DNA of 64,000 nucleotides from Eledone cirrhosa (taxonomy: Eukaryota): assembly GCA_964016885.1 (NCBI GenBank), contig OZ024763.1:11470001-11534000 (forward strand), in the 5' to 3' direction. Each line of letters opens with the position of its first letter. Position 1 is the stretch's first letter. The position numbers and the translations under genes were made by a program. The notes under the pieces are model-generated. The model was not told where the DNA came from. It was given only the letters and a program-made list of their open reading frames with translations, and searched no databases. This document shows, one piece after another, positions 40,575 to 54,184 of the stretch.

Positions 40575-40930
40575 ACCTGTTAAGAAATTCTGTGGATGAC
40601 ACCTGATGAGATCGCCCTGTCTTCTAGCCTGCGCATCGGCGTTTCCCCGAGGCTTGGCATCCGGATCTGCGAGTCACAAAATGTCGCTGCGGATCCATCG
40701 TGGACTCTTTCGGCCTCCGCCCGCTTTCCTGTCGCTACAGTGCCGGCCGCCTTCCACGCCATGCTGCCCTCAACGAGGTCATAAAGCATGGCTTGGATGC
40801 TGCAGGTTTCCCCTCCCAGCTCATGCCGGTGGGATGCCACTTGCAGCGACATTTTCTCCAACCACAACCTGGTGCAGTCTGTGACTAACCCAGCTTCTGC
40901 TGCACTTCGAGCTGAGGAGGGCAAACTCAC
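40575..40930 (+). mobile_element. CRE-clade non-LTR retrotransposon C-terminal remnant (zinc knuckle plus partial RLE)
   Basis: Across frames: RLGIRICESQ..CRCGSIVDSFGLRPLSCRYSAGRLPRHAALNEVIKHGLDAAGFPS..PVG / WDATCSD..PASAALRAEEGK. Confidence 0.75.
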
Positions 40931-40932
40931 TT

Positions 40933-40968
<36 letters not shown>

Positions 40969-41574
40969 TCTGGATTTGACCAGTTTTAAACTAGTAAGAC
41001 CATTATTCAGCAGAGTACTCGATACTTGGGATAGTAGAGTGTAGATATATTAGAAAGTCAGACCCCGGCGGCCCGGCGGCTGAACTCTTGCCGTTTCGAT
41101 AGCAAATTCCAGACTGGAATTTACTGTGGTAATGGCGGGAGCCCTTCCTTCGGGTCACCGATAAAAACACACACACACACACATTCATATATATATATAG
41201 AGAGAGAGAGACCCTAATGTCAAATGATCAAGGGACTTGCACCTAGAAAGTGCCCCCTCCGGGCAAGGATGTTTGTGAAAGACAAGCAGTCACCCAGGCA
41301 TACCAACCTCCCCTCTCCAATGTTGTCCAAGGGAAAGGCAATGGCCGATACAGCTTGACACCAGTGACGTCACAACTCATTTCTACAGCTGAGGAAACTG
41401 GAACAACGTGAAATAAAGTGTCTTGCTCAAGGAGATAACTCAAAGCCCAGTCTGAGAATCAAACTCACAATAGCCATGCTATTGTTGTCATTGGACCTCC
41501 GTCGGTCCTACGATGAGTGTTCCATTTGTTCGAAAAATGAAACAGCTTAGTGGTGCAATTAACGTGCAAGTGAC

Positions 41575-42125
41575 CTAGCATTCCATAGGCACGTGTACTC
41601 TCAGCGTAGTAGGCAGGGAGATTCAGCATGACTCAGTGACCCTTTGAAATACAGATACAGTAGAGCATTCCACAGACACGTGTACACTTAAGGTAGTTCT
41701 CAGGGAGATTCAGCATGACTCAGTGTATGATAACATTGACCCTTTGAAATACAGATACAGTAGAGCATTCCACAGACACGTGTACACTTAAGGTAGTTCT
41801 CAGGGCGATTCAGCATGACTCAGTGTATGATAACATTGACCCTTTGAAATACAGATACAGTAGAGCATTCCACAGACACGTGTACACTTAAGGTAGTTCT
41901 CAGGGAGATTCAGCATGACTCAGTGTATGATAACATTGACCCTTTGAAATACAGATACAGTAGAGCATTCCACAGACACGTGTACACTTAAGGTAGTTCT
42001 CAGGGAGATTCAGCATGACTCAGTGTATGATAACATTGACCCTTTGAAATACAGATACAGTAGAGCATTCCACAGACACGTGTACACTTAAGGTAGTTCT
42101 CAGGGAGATTCAGTGTGACTCAGTG
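41575..42125. repeat. 100-bp minisatellite x~5 inside a SINE-like element
   Basis: Units at 41641, 41741, 41841, 41941 and 42041, followed by a reverse-complement CORE-like segment AAAGTGTCTTGCTCAAGG and B-box. Confidence 0.9.
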
Positions 42126-42944
42126 AGTGGCAAGACCTGATCATTTGAATTACAGGTACAACACATTTTGTGGAGTAAAGTGTCTTGCTCAAGGACACAA
42201 CACACCGCCAGGAATCGAACTCAGAACTTCACGATCGCCAGCAAAACATACTAAGCAATAAGTGTGTGTGTGTGTGTTTGTGATTGTGTATATGTGTAAG
42301 TGTTAGTGTGTGTATATGTGTGTGCGCATATGTTATTGTTTGTGTGTTAGTGCGTGTATGTTAATGTGTGTGCGCACGTGTGTTAGTGTGTGTATGTTAA
42401 TGTATGTGTGTGTATGTTAATGTATGTGTGTGTATGAGTGTATGTGTGTATGTAGGGGGAGTATGTATGTTCTTGCTATTATCCTGCAACGTGGTAATTC
42501 AAGATGGAGTATTAAGAAAAGACAGCATATACAAAGTATCTTAAATATATGTAAGGAAGACAATTCGTAACAGATTGCACAGAGTTGCCTCCCTTGCGCA
42601 ATGCATATAAATATAAATTTTTATCGATCTATGTTAACCCTAAATAAATTAGTGACCCCTAAACCTTTTACATGAGGAACCCTTTCGTGGTATCTGTGTA
42701 GTGATGTTATAAGGGGATGGTGTAGTGTGGTGTGGTGTAGTGTCGTGTGTTGTGGTTTAGTGTGGTGTGGTGTCGTGTCGTGTAGTGTGGTGTGGTGTGG
42801 TGTGTTGTGGTGTGGTGTAGTGTAGTGTGTTGTACTGTCTGCCTGTCTATTTTCCCATTTATGTATATTTACCAATGTATCTCTCTTCGAACAAAACAAC
42901 TACAAAGCACGAATCCCAATCAATAGCAGTCCGAAAAAGGAAAA

Positions 42945-42989
<45 letters not shown>

Positions 42990-42998
42990 GGGGGTAGG

Positions 42999-43056
<58 letters not shown>

Positions 43057-43717
43057 CAAAGTTATAGTATTGTTATACTTCAACACACGTTTTCAGATAA
43101 AGAATCTTGCTAAACAAATTCAGAAACGAAAGTTATAGTAATTTAGTGGATATATTTTTGATAATAATTAAAGAAAATATGGAAGAAAATTATTGTAATT
43201 TATATTAAACTCAATGTAAAATGAAAGATGGCTGGAATGACAAGAAGGACAAGGTTGGGGATTATTGAGGATTGAAGTATCTTTATATAGAATAGTTTAA
43301 TGAATTAGATAGTTTCTACTATAAACCCTGTCGTTTTTTACAGGTACTATTGTAATGATATATAAATAAGATACCTAAATAAGCAAGATGTAGATCACGG
43401 TATTATTTTAGAATAAGCTACTTAGCCGGTCCCGACAAAATAGACAAACATGCTTTTTACGCTTATTTTACCGGTAAATTCTAAAGGGACACAACTCTTG
43501 CTGGAATCCCTGAAACTAAATAATTGTTTTTACTTTTTGGCACAAGACCAGCAATTGTTTCAGTGTATTACTGGTACTTTATTTTATCGACCTCCGTAAG
43601 GATGAAAGACAAAGTCAACCCCGGGGGGTTAAATAATGATTTCTTTATTATTTATTTATTTATAGTGTTTTAGAACCCAGGTCGTGACTTTCTGCTAAAA
43701 TTCTTAAGCCAAGGAAC

Positions 43718-44187
43718 TCAGTATATATGTGTGTGTATGTAACTCAGTAGATGTGTGTGTGTGTGTAACACAGTAGATGTGTGTGTGTGTATGTAACTCA
43801 GTAGATGTGTGCGTATGTAACACAGTAGATGTGTGTATCTAACACAGTATATGTGTGTGTATGTAACACAGTAGATGTGTGTGTGTATGTAACTCAGTAG
43901 ATGTGTGTGTGTGTGTATGTAACACAGTATATATGTGTGTATGTAATACAGTATATGTGTGCGTATGTAACACAGTAGATGTGTGTGTATGTAACACAGT
44001 ATATGTGTGTGTATGTAACACAGTAGATGTGTGTGTATGTAACACAGTAGATGTGTGTGTATGTAACTCAGTAGATGTGTGTGTGTATGTAACTCAGTAG
44101 ATGTGTGTGTGTGTATGTAACTCAGTAGATGTGTGTGTGTGTATGTAACACAGTAGATGTGTGTGTGTGTATGTAACACAGTAGATG
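43718..44187. repeat. Variable ~20-26-bp minisatellite (TG)n-TATGTAAC(A/T)CAGTAGA
   Basis: Directly visible. Confidence 0.92.
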
Positions 44188-44932
44188 TTTGCAGCGGGTG
44201 TCACTGGCCATTGTCCGTCTTGTCCGCGGGGCGCAGCACTTCTGCCCCCTTGCCCGAGGCCCAAAGCCCAATCACCCCCTCCCCTCCTCCCCTCTCTTCT
44301 GCGACACCAGAGCTCTTGCCACCCTCTTCCTTTCCTGTTCTTTTTCTTCTTTCTTTCTATCTTTTTCTTTTCTATATTTCCCTATTCTTTCTTTCATTTT
44401 GTTTCCCCTTTTTTATTTTTTATTACTAAATTTTATTTTTAAAATAAACATGTTTCTTGTATAATCTTTACTGGACACCTTCACTTAGACACACAAGATA
44501 AATATGAGCTCTTTATGGGAGATAACTCGACATAAAAACAGTTGGTTGTATGGAGTTGTCTCCCATAAAAATAGAAAATATTGACAGCATCACTATAAAT
44601 TATTACTAGAGCGTCGGATGCCCTTTACGATCTTAGTTCAAATCCCACCGAGGTTAACTTTGCCTTTCATCTTTACGGGGTGGTTAAAACAAAGTACCAG
44701 TAATGCACTGGGATAATTGCTGGCCTTGTGCCTAAAGTAGAAACAATTATTACCATGGAAATTCCACGGACGAAAATATTAAGAGGAGCTATTTAAGAAA
44801 CGTCTAGTTGTATAATATCTCTTCTCTCCTCTTGTCTTACTCTACCTTGCTATACAACAATGTCTCTCGTCTTCATTTCCTCAATTACACAATTTATTAC
44901 GACTGTCTGTCTGCCTGTCTGTGTGTCTGTCT

Positions 44933-47900
44933 GTCCATAAGTCTCTCCATTAGTCTCTCCATTAGTCTCTCCATTAGTCTCTCCATTAGTCTCTCCATTG
45001 GTCTCTCCATTAGTCTCTCCATTGGTCTCTCCATTAGTCTCTCCATTGGTCTCTCCATTAGTCTCTCCATTGGTCTCTCCATTAGTCTCTCCATTGGTCT
45101 CTCCATTGGTCTCTCCATTAGTCTCTCCATTAGTCTCTCCATTGGTCTCTCCATTAGTCTCTCCATTGGTCTCTCCATTAGTCTCTCCATTGGTCTCTCC
45201 ATTAGTCTCTCCATTGGTCTCTCCATTGGTCTCTCCATTAGTCTCTCCATTAGTCTCTCCATTAGTCTCTCCATTGGTCTCTCCATTGGTCTCTCCATTG
45301 GTCTCTCCATTAGTCTCTCCATTGGTCTCTCCATTGGTCTCTCCATTAGTCTCTCCATTGGTCTCTCCATTGGTCTCTCCATTAGTCTCTCCATTAGTCT
45401 CTCCATTAGTCTCTCCATTGGTCTCTCCATTAGTCTCTCCATTGGTCTCTCCATTGGTCTCTCCATTGGTCTCTCCATTAGTCTCTCCATTGGTCTCTCC
45501 ATTAGTCTCTCCATTGGTATCTCCATTAGTCTCTCCATTGGTCTCTCCATTAGTCTCTCCATTGGTCTCTCCATTGGTCTCTCCATTAGTCTCTCCATTG
45601 GTATCTCCATTAGTCTCTCCATTGGTCTCTCCATTAGTCTCTCCATTGGTCTCTCCATTAGTCTCTCCATTGGTCTCTCCATTGGTCTCTCCATTAGTCT
45701 CTCCATTAGTCTCTCCATTAGTCTCTCCATTAGTCTCTCCATTGGTCTCTCCATTAGTCTCTCCATTAGTCTCTCCATTGGTCTCTCCATTGGTCTCTCC
45801 ATTAGTCTCTCCATTAGTCTCTCCATTGGTCTCTCCATTAGTCTCTCCATTGGTCTCTCCATTGGTCTCTCCATTAGTCTCTCCATTAGTCTCTCCATTA
45901 GTCTCTCCATTGGTCTCTCCATTAGTCTCTCCATTAGTCTCTCCATTGGTCTCTCCATTGGTCTCTCCATTAGTCTCTCCATTAGTCTCTCCATTGGTCT
46001 CTCCATTAGTCTCTCCATTGGTCTCTCCATTGGTCTCTCCATTAGTCTCTCCATTAGTCTCTCCATTGGTCTCTCCATTAGTCTCTCCATTGGTCTCTCC
46101 ATTAGTCTCTCCATTAGTCTCTCCATTAGTCTCTCCATTAGTCTCTCCATTAGTCTCTCCATTGGTCTCTCCATTAGTCTCTCCATTGGTCTCTCCATTA
46201 GTCTCTCCATTAGTCTCTCCATTAGTCTCTCCATTGGTCTCTCCATTGGTCTCTCCATTAGTCACTCCATTGGTCTCTCCATTAGTCTCTCCATTAGTCT
46301 CTCCATTGGTCTCTCCATTAGTCTCTCCATTGGTCTCTCCATTAGTCTCTCCATTGGTCTCTCCATTAGTCTCTCCATTGGTCTCTCCATTAGTCTCTCT
46401 ATTGGTCTCTCCATTAGTCTCTCCATTAGTCTCTCCATTGGTCTCTCCATTGGTCTCTCCATTAGTCACTCCATTGGTCTCTCCATTAGTCTCTCCATTG
46501 GTCTCTCCATTGGTCTCTCCATTGGTCTCTCCATTGGTCTCTCCATTAGTCTCTCCATTAGTCTCTCCATTGGTCTCTCCATTAGTCTCTCCATTAGTCT
46601 CTCCATTGGTCTCTCCATTAGTCTCTCCATTGGTCTCTCCATTGGTCTCTCCATTAGTCTCTCCATTAGTCTCTCCATTGGTCTCTCCATTAGTCTCTCC
46701 ATTGGTCTCTCCATTAGTCTCTCCATTAGTCTCTCCATTAGTCTCTCCATTGGTCTCTCCATTAGTCTCTCCATTAGTCTCTCCATTGGTCTCTCCATTA
46801 GTCTCTCCATTGGTCTCTCCATTGGTCTCTCCATTAGTCTCTCCATTAGTCTCTCCATTGGTCTCTCCATTAGTCTCTCCATTGGTCTCTCCATTAGTCT
46901 CTCCATTGGTCTCTCCATTAGTCTCTCCATTGGTCTCTCCATTAGTCTCTCCATTGGTCTCTCCATTAGTCTCTCCATTAGTCTCTCCATTAGTCTCTCC
47001 ATTGGTCTCTCCATTGGTCTCTCCATTGGTCTCTCCATTAGTCTCTCCATTGGTCTCTCCATTAGTCACTCCATTGGTCTCTCCATTAGTCTCTCCATTG
47101 GTCTCTCCATTAGTCTCTCCATTGGTCTCTCCATTAGTCTCTCCATTAGTCTCTCCATTGGTCTCTCCATTAGCCTCTCCATTAGTCTCTCCATTAGTCT
47201 CTCCATTAGTCTCTCCATTAGTCTCTCCATTAGTCTCTCCATTGGTCTCTCCATTGGTCTCTCCATTGGTCTCTCCATTAGTCTCTCCATTGGTCTCTCC
47301 ATTAGTCACTCCATTGGTCTCTCCATTAGTCTCTCCATTAGTCTCTCCATTGGTCTCTCCATTGGTCTCTCCATTAGTCTCTCCATTAGCCTCTCCATTA
47401 GTCTCTCCATTAGTCTCTCCATTAGTCTCTCCATTAGTCTCTCCATTGGTCTCTCCATTGGTCTCTCCATTAGTCTCTCCATTGGTCTCTCCATTAGTCT
47501 CTCCATTAGTCTCTCCATTGGTCTCTCCATTAGTCTCTCCATTGGTCTCTCCATTGGTCTCTCCATTGGTCTCTCCATTAGTCTCTCCATTAGTCTCTCC
47601 ATTAGTCTCTCCATTGGTCTCTCCATTAGTCTCTCCATTAGTCTCTCCATTAGTCTCTCCATTGGTCTCTCCATTGGTCTCTCCATTAGTCTCTCCATTG
47701 GTCTCTCCATTAGTCTCTCCATTAGTCTCTCCATTGGTCTCTCCATTGGTCTCTCCATTAGTCTCTCCATTGGTCTCTCCATTAGTCTCTCCATTAGTCT
47801 CTCCATTGGTCTCTCCATTAGTCTCTCCATTGGTCTCTCCATTAGTCTCTCCATTGGTCTCTCCATTAGTCTCTCCATTGGTCTCTCCATTAGTCTCTCC

Positions 47901-48563
47901 ATTGGTCTCTCCATTAGTCTCTCCATTGGTCTCTCCATTAGTCTCTCCATTGGTCTCTCCATTAGTCTCTCCATTGGTCTCTCCATTAGTCTCTCCATTG
48001 GTCTCTCCATTGGTCTCTCCATTGGTCTCTCCATTGGTCTCTCCATTGGTCTCTCCATTAGTCTCTCCATTGGTCTCTCCATTGGTCTCTCCATTGGTCT
48101 CTCCATTAGTCTCTCCATTGGTCTCTCCATTAGTCTCTCCATTGGTCTCTCCATTGGTCTCTCCATTAGTCTCTCCATTGGTCTCTCCATTGGTCTCTCC
48201 ATTGGTCTCTCCATTAGTCTCTCCATTGGTCTCTCCATTGGTCTCTCCATTGGTCTCTCCATTGGTCTCTCCATTGGTCTCTCCGTTGGTCTCTCCATTA
48301 GTCTCTCCATTGGTCTCTCCATTGGTCTCTCCATTGGTCTCTCCATTGGTCTCTCCATTGGTCTCTCCATTGGTCTCTCCATTAGTCTCTCCATTGGTCT
48401 CTCCATTGGTCTCTCCATTGGTCTCTCCATTAGTCTCTCCATTGGTCTCTCCATTGGTCTCTCCATTAGTCTCTCCATTGGTCTCTCCATTAGTCTCTCC
48501 ATTGGTCTCTCCATTAGTCTCTCCATTAGTCTCTCCATTGGTCTCTCCATTGGTCTCTCCATT
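44933..48563. repeat. 12-bp tandem array CTCTCCATT(A/G)GT, ~300 units
   Basis: Directly visible; source of the SISL, VSPL, ETNG and MERP ORFs. Confidence 0.98.
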
Positions 48564-49190
48564 GCTGATACTATCTACCGGTGGGAACTCCTGGCAGAAG
48601 GAGCAACGTGAAATAAAGTGTCTTGCTCAAGGACACAACGCATTACCCGAACCAGGAATTGAACTCACCACCACACGATTGCTAATCCAACTCTCTAACC
48701 ACCCAGCCACAAAACCCTTTACATTCTACAAACCTAAGGGTTAACGCCACTTAACCTTAAAATCTTGAATTAAATAAAACCTTTATTTCAGTTTATTTTA
48801 TTGTTTTATGGAACAGATTGTGATTAACTAATTAACTAATTATTCTAATTTTGTATTTTGATTACTAACCCCTATTATAACTATGTTAATTATTATCTAT
48901 AGGGGTAATTATAAACTATAAATTAATTAGCAATTGTAAAACACATGCAATGTATGTATAGTATATGTACATGTGTATAGATGTATATGTATGTAAATAG
49001 ATGTATATGTATGTAAATAGATGTATATGTATCTGTATATATACATATATATGTATGTGTATATATACATATATATGTATCTGTATATAATACATATATA
49101 TGTATGTGTATATATACATATATATGTAAGTGTACATATATATACATACATATATATATATATATGTATGTGTATATATATATATATATA

Positions 49191-49224
<34 letters not shown>

Positions 49225-49349
49225 CTATTAAAATATTGATGACATTTCTAATTAATTTTTTAATTAAATTTTGCTCAGTTATAAGTATATAATGCCTCAT
49301 GTCACATTCTGTTTCAACTTCCTTTTCTCTATCTCACTCCCTCTCCCCT

Positions 49350-49413
<64 letters not shown>

Positions 49414-49529
49414 TGATTCTATTTTAAGCGCAAGGCCAGCAATTTGGGGAAAGGGAAAACTCGATTAAATCGACCCCAGTACGTGACTGGTACTTTATTT
49501 TATCGACCCCGTAAGGATGAAAGGCAACT

Positions 49530-50405
49530 CGTTGAAAAATTATGAGAGGAGCAAGAAGCTTCATTCTATCTTGAAGGAGAGCAAAACATATGTTACTGAT
49601 CTAAGGCTTGATACCCAGGCTGGGCAGACTAAGGAAACTTGCACCTAATGCTGCTAAGCATATAAAATTAATGGCAAAAGCAAAAGGGGAGCAAAAACCT
49701 CTGCATGGCAAATATGTGGCCCGTAGCAAACAAACTGATGTTAACCAAAAGCACACCCATCAGTGGCTCTGTAGCTCAGGGCTAAAAGCAGAGAGCGAAG
49801 GCTTCATCTTAGCTGCCCAAGATCAAAGCTTATTGACACGGAATTACCAAGCCAATGTGGTGAGAAATGGAGTAAATCCAAAGTGCTGCTTCTGCAATGT
49901 TGAGCTTGAGACAGTGGACCACCTAGTTTCTGGATGTAAAGTGTTAGCCCCCAGTAGATTACAAATATAGACATGACAGAGTTGGCCAATATCTACACTG
50001 GTTAATATGTCGGCATTATAAAATCACAGCTGCTGACAAGTGGTCTGAAGAAGAAAAAGTAATGGTTCTTTGGGACTTTCCTGTACATACTGCAGAAACA
50101 TCAAAGCTAACAGAACGAATGTTTTTGTAAAAGACTAACATAATTGTTTCTACGTTAGGCACAAGGCCAGCAATTACCCAGTGCATTACTGGTACTTTAT
50201 TTTATCGACCCCGTAAGGATGAAAGGCAAAGTTAACCGTGGCGGGATTTGAACTCAGAATGGCAAAGGCCGTAACTCTATACGTCAAAGCATGGCGTCCG
50301 ACCCCCTACCAATACTGCCAATCCACCGCCCTTGATAAAAGACTAACATGATAAAGTCTGTTTATTGATTGATATGAATATCTCCGTGTGATTACAATAT
50401 TACAG
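49530..50405 (+). mobile_element. R4/Dong-clade retrotransposon C-terminal remnant (CCHC plus RLE)
   Basis: LHGKY; WLCSSGLKAESEGFILAAQDQSLLTRNY; CCFCNVELETVDHLVSGC; RHD.V; LWDFPV. Confidence 0.85.
50142..50335 (-). mobile_element. Full-length SINE family A with 14-bp TSD
   Basis: TAAAAGACTAACAT at 50128-50141 and 50336-50349. Confidence 0.9.
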
Positions 50406-50409
50406 CAAA

Positions 50410-50970
50410 ATTGCTGTCTTCAATTCGGGATTCGAGCCAACCCTTACCTATGATCATGAATCTTGGGTAATGACAGAGAGAATATAATCGCGAACACAAG
50501 CGGCCAGAATGGGATTCCGCCGAATGGTCTTTGGAGTAACGCTACTCAATAAAGTGCGTAGTTCGGAGATGAGAGAGTCACTCCAGGTAGAGCTGCTACT
50601 TCTCCGAATAGAGAGATCGCAGCTCCAATACTATGGACATGTGGTTAGAATGTCTCATGTGGTTAGAATGACTCATGTGGTTAGAATGACTCATGTGGTT
50701 AGAATGTCTCATGTGGTTAGAATGTCTCATGTGGTTAGAATCGCTGGACAGATTTTACAGGCAAAACCAAGAGTCAGGATGCCCAGGGGTAGACAGACCC
50801 CAAGTTAGATGGTTAGATAACATCCCTGACCCAATTGGTCTCGCAGGGTATCCGGCTGGATCATTTGGAGACGGTTGCTTCTGACAGGATCCGCTAGAGG
50901 GAGTGTTTGAAGACTCTGCCCCCACGACCCTCTCAGGAATAAGTAGGAGAAGAAGAGGAAGAAGAAGAAT
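50410..50970 (+). mobile_element. RTE (Expander/Rex3-like) LINE 3' end
   Basis: PTLTY.HESWVMTERI; GVTLLNKVRSSEMRESLQVELLLLRIERSQLQYYGHVVRM; (GAA)n tail. Confidence 0.85.
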
Positions 50971-51450
50971 TAATGTGTGGCCGGAGACATCTACACACAC
51001 ATACATACACATACACGCACATACACACACATACATACACATACATACACATACGCACACATACACACACATACATACACATACATACACACACATACAC
51101 ACACATACACACTCATACACACATACATAAACACACACATACATACACACACATACACACACATATACAGACACATTGACTTATAGAAAATAGGAACATA
51201 GATTCATTGACTGAAGTTGAACGACGAATTTATGATGCTGTGTTTAAAGAGAGTTGACAACTTTCTATGAAAGATTCGAAGCTTGAATTACAAAACTGTC
51301 ATGGCTGACTTTCTGGATTCATTCAATGGACAGGTGTGAAAATGTCCTCAAAGATTCACTTTATAAGGAGTCACTTGGATATCTTTCCTTTGGACTTGGT
51401 CAAGATCAGTGATGGGCAGTGGGAAAGATTTCATTAAGTGAACACCACAG

Positions 51451-52002
51451 TTGAAACAAGGTACCGAGGGATAGCTGATCCCCACATGATGTTTTGAAAC
51501 AAGGTACCGAGGGATAGCTGATCCCCACATGATGTTTTGAAACAAGGTACCAAGGGATAGCTGATCCCCACATGATGTTTTGAAACAAGGTACCAAGGGA
51601 TAGCTGATCCCCACATGATGTTTTGAAACAAGGTACCGAGGGATAGCTGATCCCCACATGATGTTTTGAAACAATGTACCGAGGGATAGCTGATTCCCAC
51701 ATGATGCTTTGAAACAAGGTACCAAGGGATAGCTGATTCCCACATGATGTTTTGAAACAAGGTACCGAGGGATAGCTGATTCCCACATGATGCTTTGAAA
51801 TAAGGTACCAAGGGATAGCTGATTCCCACATGATGCTTTGAAACAAGGTACCAAGGGATAGCTGATTCCCACATGATGCTTTGAAACAAGGTACCAAGGG
51901 ATAGCTGATTCCCACATGATGCTTTGAAACGAGGTACCGAGGGATAGCTGATTCCCACATGATGCTTTGAAACGAGGTACCAAGGGACAGCTGATTCCCA
52001 CA
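51451..52002. repeat. 43-bp minisatellite x~13
   Basis: TTGAAACAAGGTACC(G/A)AGGGATAGCTGAT(C/T)CCCACATGATG(T/C)T units. Confidence 0.95.
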
Positions 52003-52204
52003 TTAATCGGCCGGGTGCACAGAAAACTATAAACGGAAAAAATGAAACGAAATTTCATTTCCCACTCTTTTACGGCTGTTACTTAAATATAAGTATGTAC
52101 ACGTACATACATATATGTATACAGACGTACAGTAGTATGTATATATATATACATACATGCACACATATATATATATGTACGTATGGATTCACCGAACATT
52201 TATT

Positions 52205-52253
52205 ATATACACATATATATATGTGTATATATATATATATGTGTGTATATATA

Positions 52254-52288
<35 letters not shown>

Positions 52289-52447
52289 GTGTGTGTATAT
52301 ATATATATATGTGTGTGTGTATATATATATATGTGTGTATATATATATATATGTGTGTGTGTATATATATATATGTGTGTATATATATATATATATGTGT
52401 GTATATATATATATGTGTGTGTGTATATATATATATGTGTGTGTATA

Positions 52448-52490
<43 letters not shown>

Positions 52491-52529
52491 ATATATATAT
52501 ATATATGTGTATATATATATATATGTGTG

Positions 52530-52560
<31 letters not shown>

Positions 52561-52893
52561 ATATATATATGTGTGTGTGTATATATATATATGTGTGTGT
52601 ATATATATATGTGTATATATATATATATGTGTATATATATATATGTGTATATATATGTATATATATATGTGTGTATATGTATATATATATGTGTGTATAT
52701 GTATATATATATGTGTGTATATATGTATATATATATATGTATATATATGTATGTGTTTGTATATGTATATATATATGTGTGTGTATATGTATATATATAT
52801 GTGTGTATATATATATATGTATATATATATGTGTGTATATATATATATATGTATATATATGTATGTGTGTATATATATATATATGTATGTGTG

Positions 52894-52924
<31 letters not shown>

Positions 52925-52927
52925 ATG

Positions 52928-52976
<49 letters not shown>

Positions 52977-53001
52977 GTGTGTGTGTGTATATATATATAT
53001 A

Positions 53002-53032
<31 letters not shown>

Positions 53033-53075
53033 GTGTGTGTATATATATATATATATGTGTGTGTGTATATATATA

Positions 53076-53106
<31 letters not shown>

Positions 53107-53325
53107 GTGTATATATATATATGTGTGTGTATATATATATATATATGTGTGTGTATATATATATATGTGTGTGTGTATATATATATATATATGTGTGTGT
53201 GTATATATATATATATATGTGTGTGTGTATATATATATATATGTGTGTATATATATATATATATACGTATATATATATATGTGTGTGTATATATATATAT
53301 ATATATATACGTGTATATATATATA

Positions 53326-53378
<53 letters not shown>
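52205..53378. repeat. (TA)n/(TG)n microsatellite
   Basis: Directly visible. Confidence 0.97.
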
Positions 53379-53381
<3 letters not shown>

Positions 53382-53521
53382 ATTTAGCTTCATGCATAGC
53401 TATATACACTTATGTATTGAAATTTCGTATTTCTAAAGAAATACAGTATGTTTATAGATAAACATTTAGAAAGACATAGCTATCGCCCTCTGGTGGTGTC
53501 CAGCAGAAGTATGGAGGAAGA

Positions 53522-53563
53522 CCGTTGATGCATTTCAAACTTAACTGGTCCTCATCAGGACGA
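53522..53563 (-). ncRNA. Minimal hammerhead motif
   Basis: Minus strand CGTC-CTGATGA-GGAC-CAGTTAA-GTTT-GAAA-TGCA-TC-AACG, with palindromic stem III ATGCAT. Confidence 0.55.
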
Positions 53564-54006
53564 ATATATACAATACTTTCCCCAAGGGTCGCTCTCAACT
53601 ACTTGATTCTGGTTGAGAAGCGAACTCATATGAAATAAAGGGTAACTTTGCACTGATCCACCCCGAATTAAAATATACCTGTCAGTTGTGATATTACTCA
53701 CTACATGTCGTAATAGCAGTCACGGGATGTGATCTTCGAACTCTTTCAGTTCCGGCCGTTGCCCCGTTGCTATTGATTCAGGCATACACGACTCTAGGGA
53801 GCCAGTAAAATGTAATGCCTTAAATATAGCGCTGTTGAATTGTAAAATAGACTTTTGATATTATAGTCCCAACGGCCTCCCATAAAACCTTTTAGATGCA
53901 AATATATTCCAGTGATCGATCTGTTAAATATTCTTATGGAAATGTTTACGAGAAAAAAAAAACGCAAACAACTGTAGAGACAGATGTACAACGTATTGGA
54001 TATGTG

Positions 54007-54055
<49 letters not shown>

Positions 54056-54095
54056 TAGGTTTATATACGTACAAATATGCACACATATGTGTGTG

Positions 54096-54140
<45 letters not shown>

Positions 54141-54184
54141 TTTGTTTAGCAAGATTCTTTATCTGAAAACGTGTGTTGAAACCG

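Noticed and set aside
44808-48744. 1267-aa, 1248-aa and 819-aa ORFs (SISL, VSPL, ETNG repeats)
   Set aside because: Translations of a stop-free 12-bp tandem unit; open in several frames on both strands, and they run into a SINE
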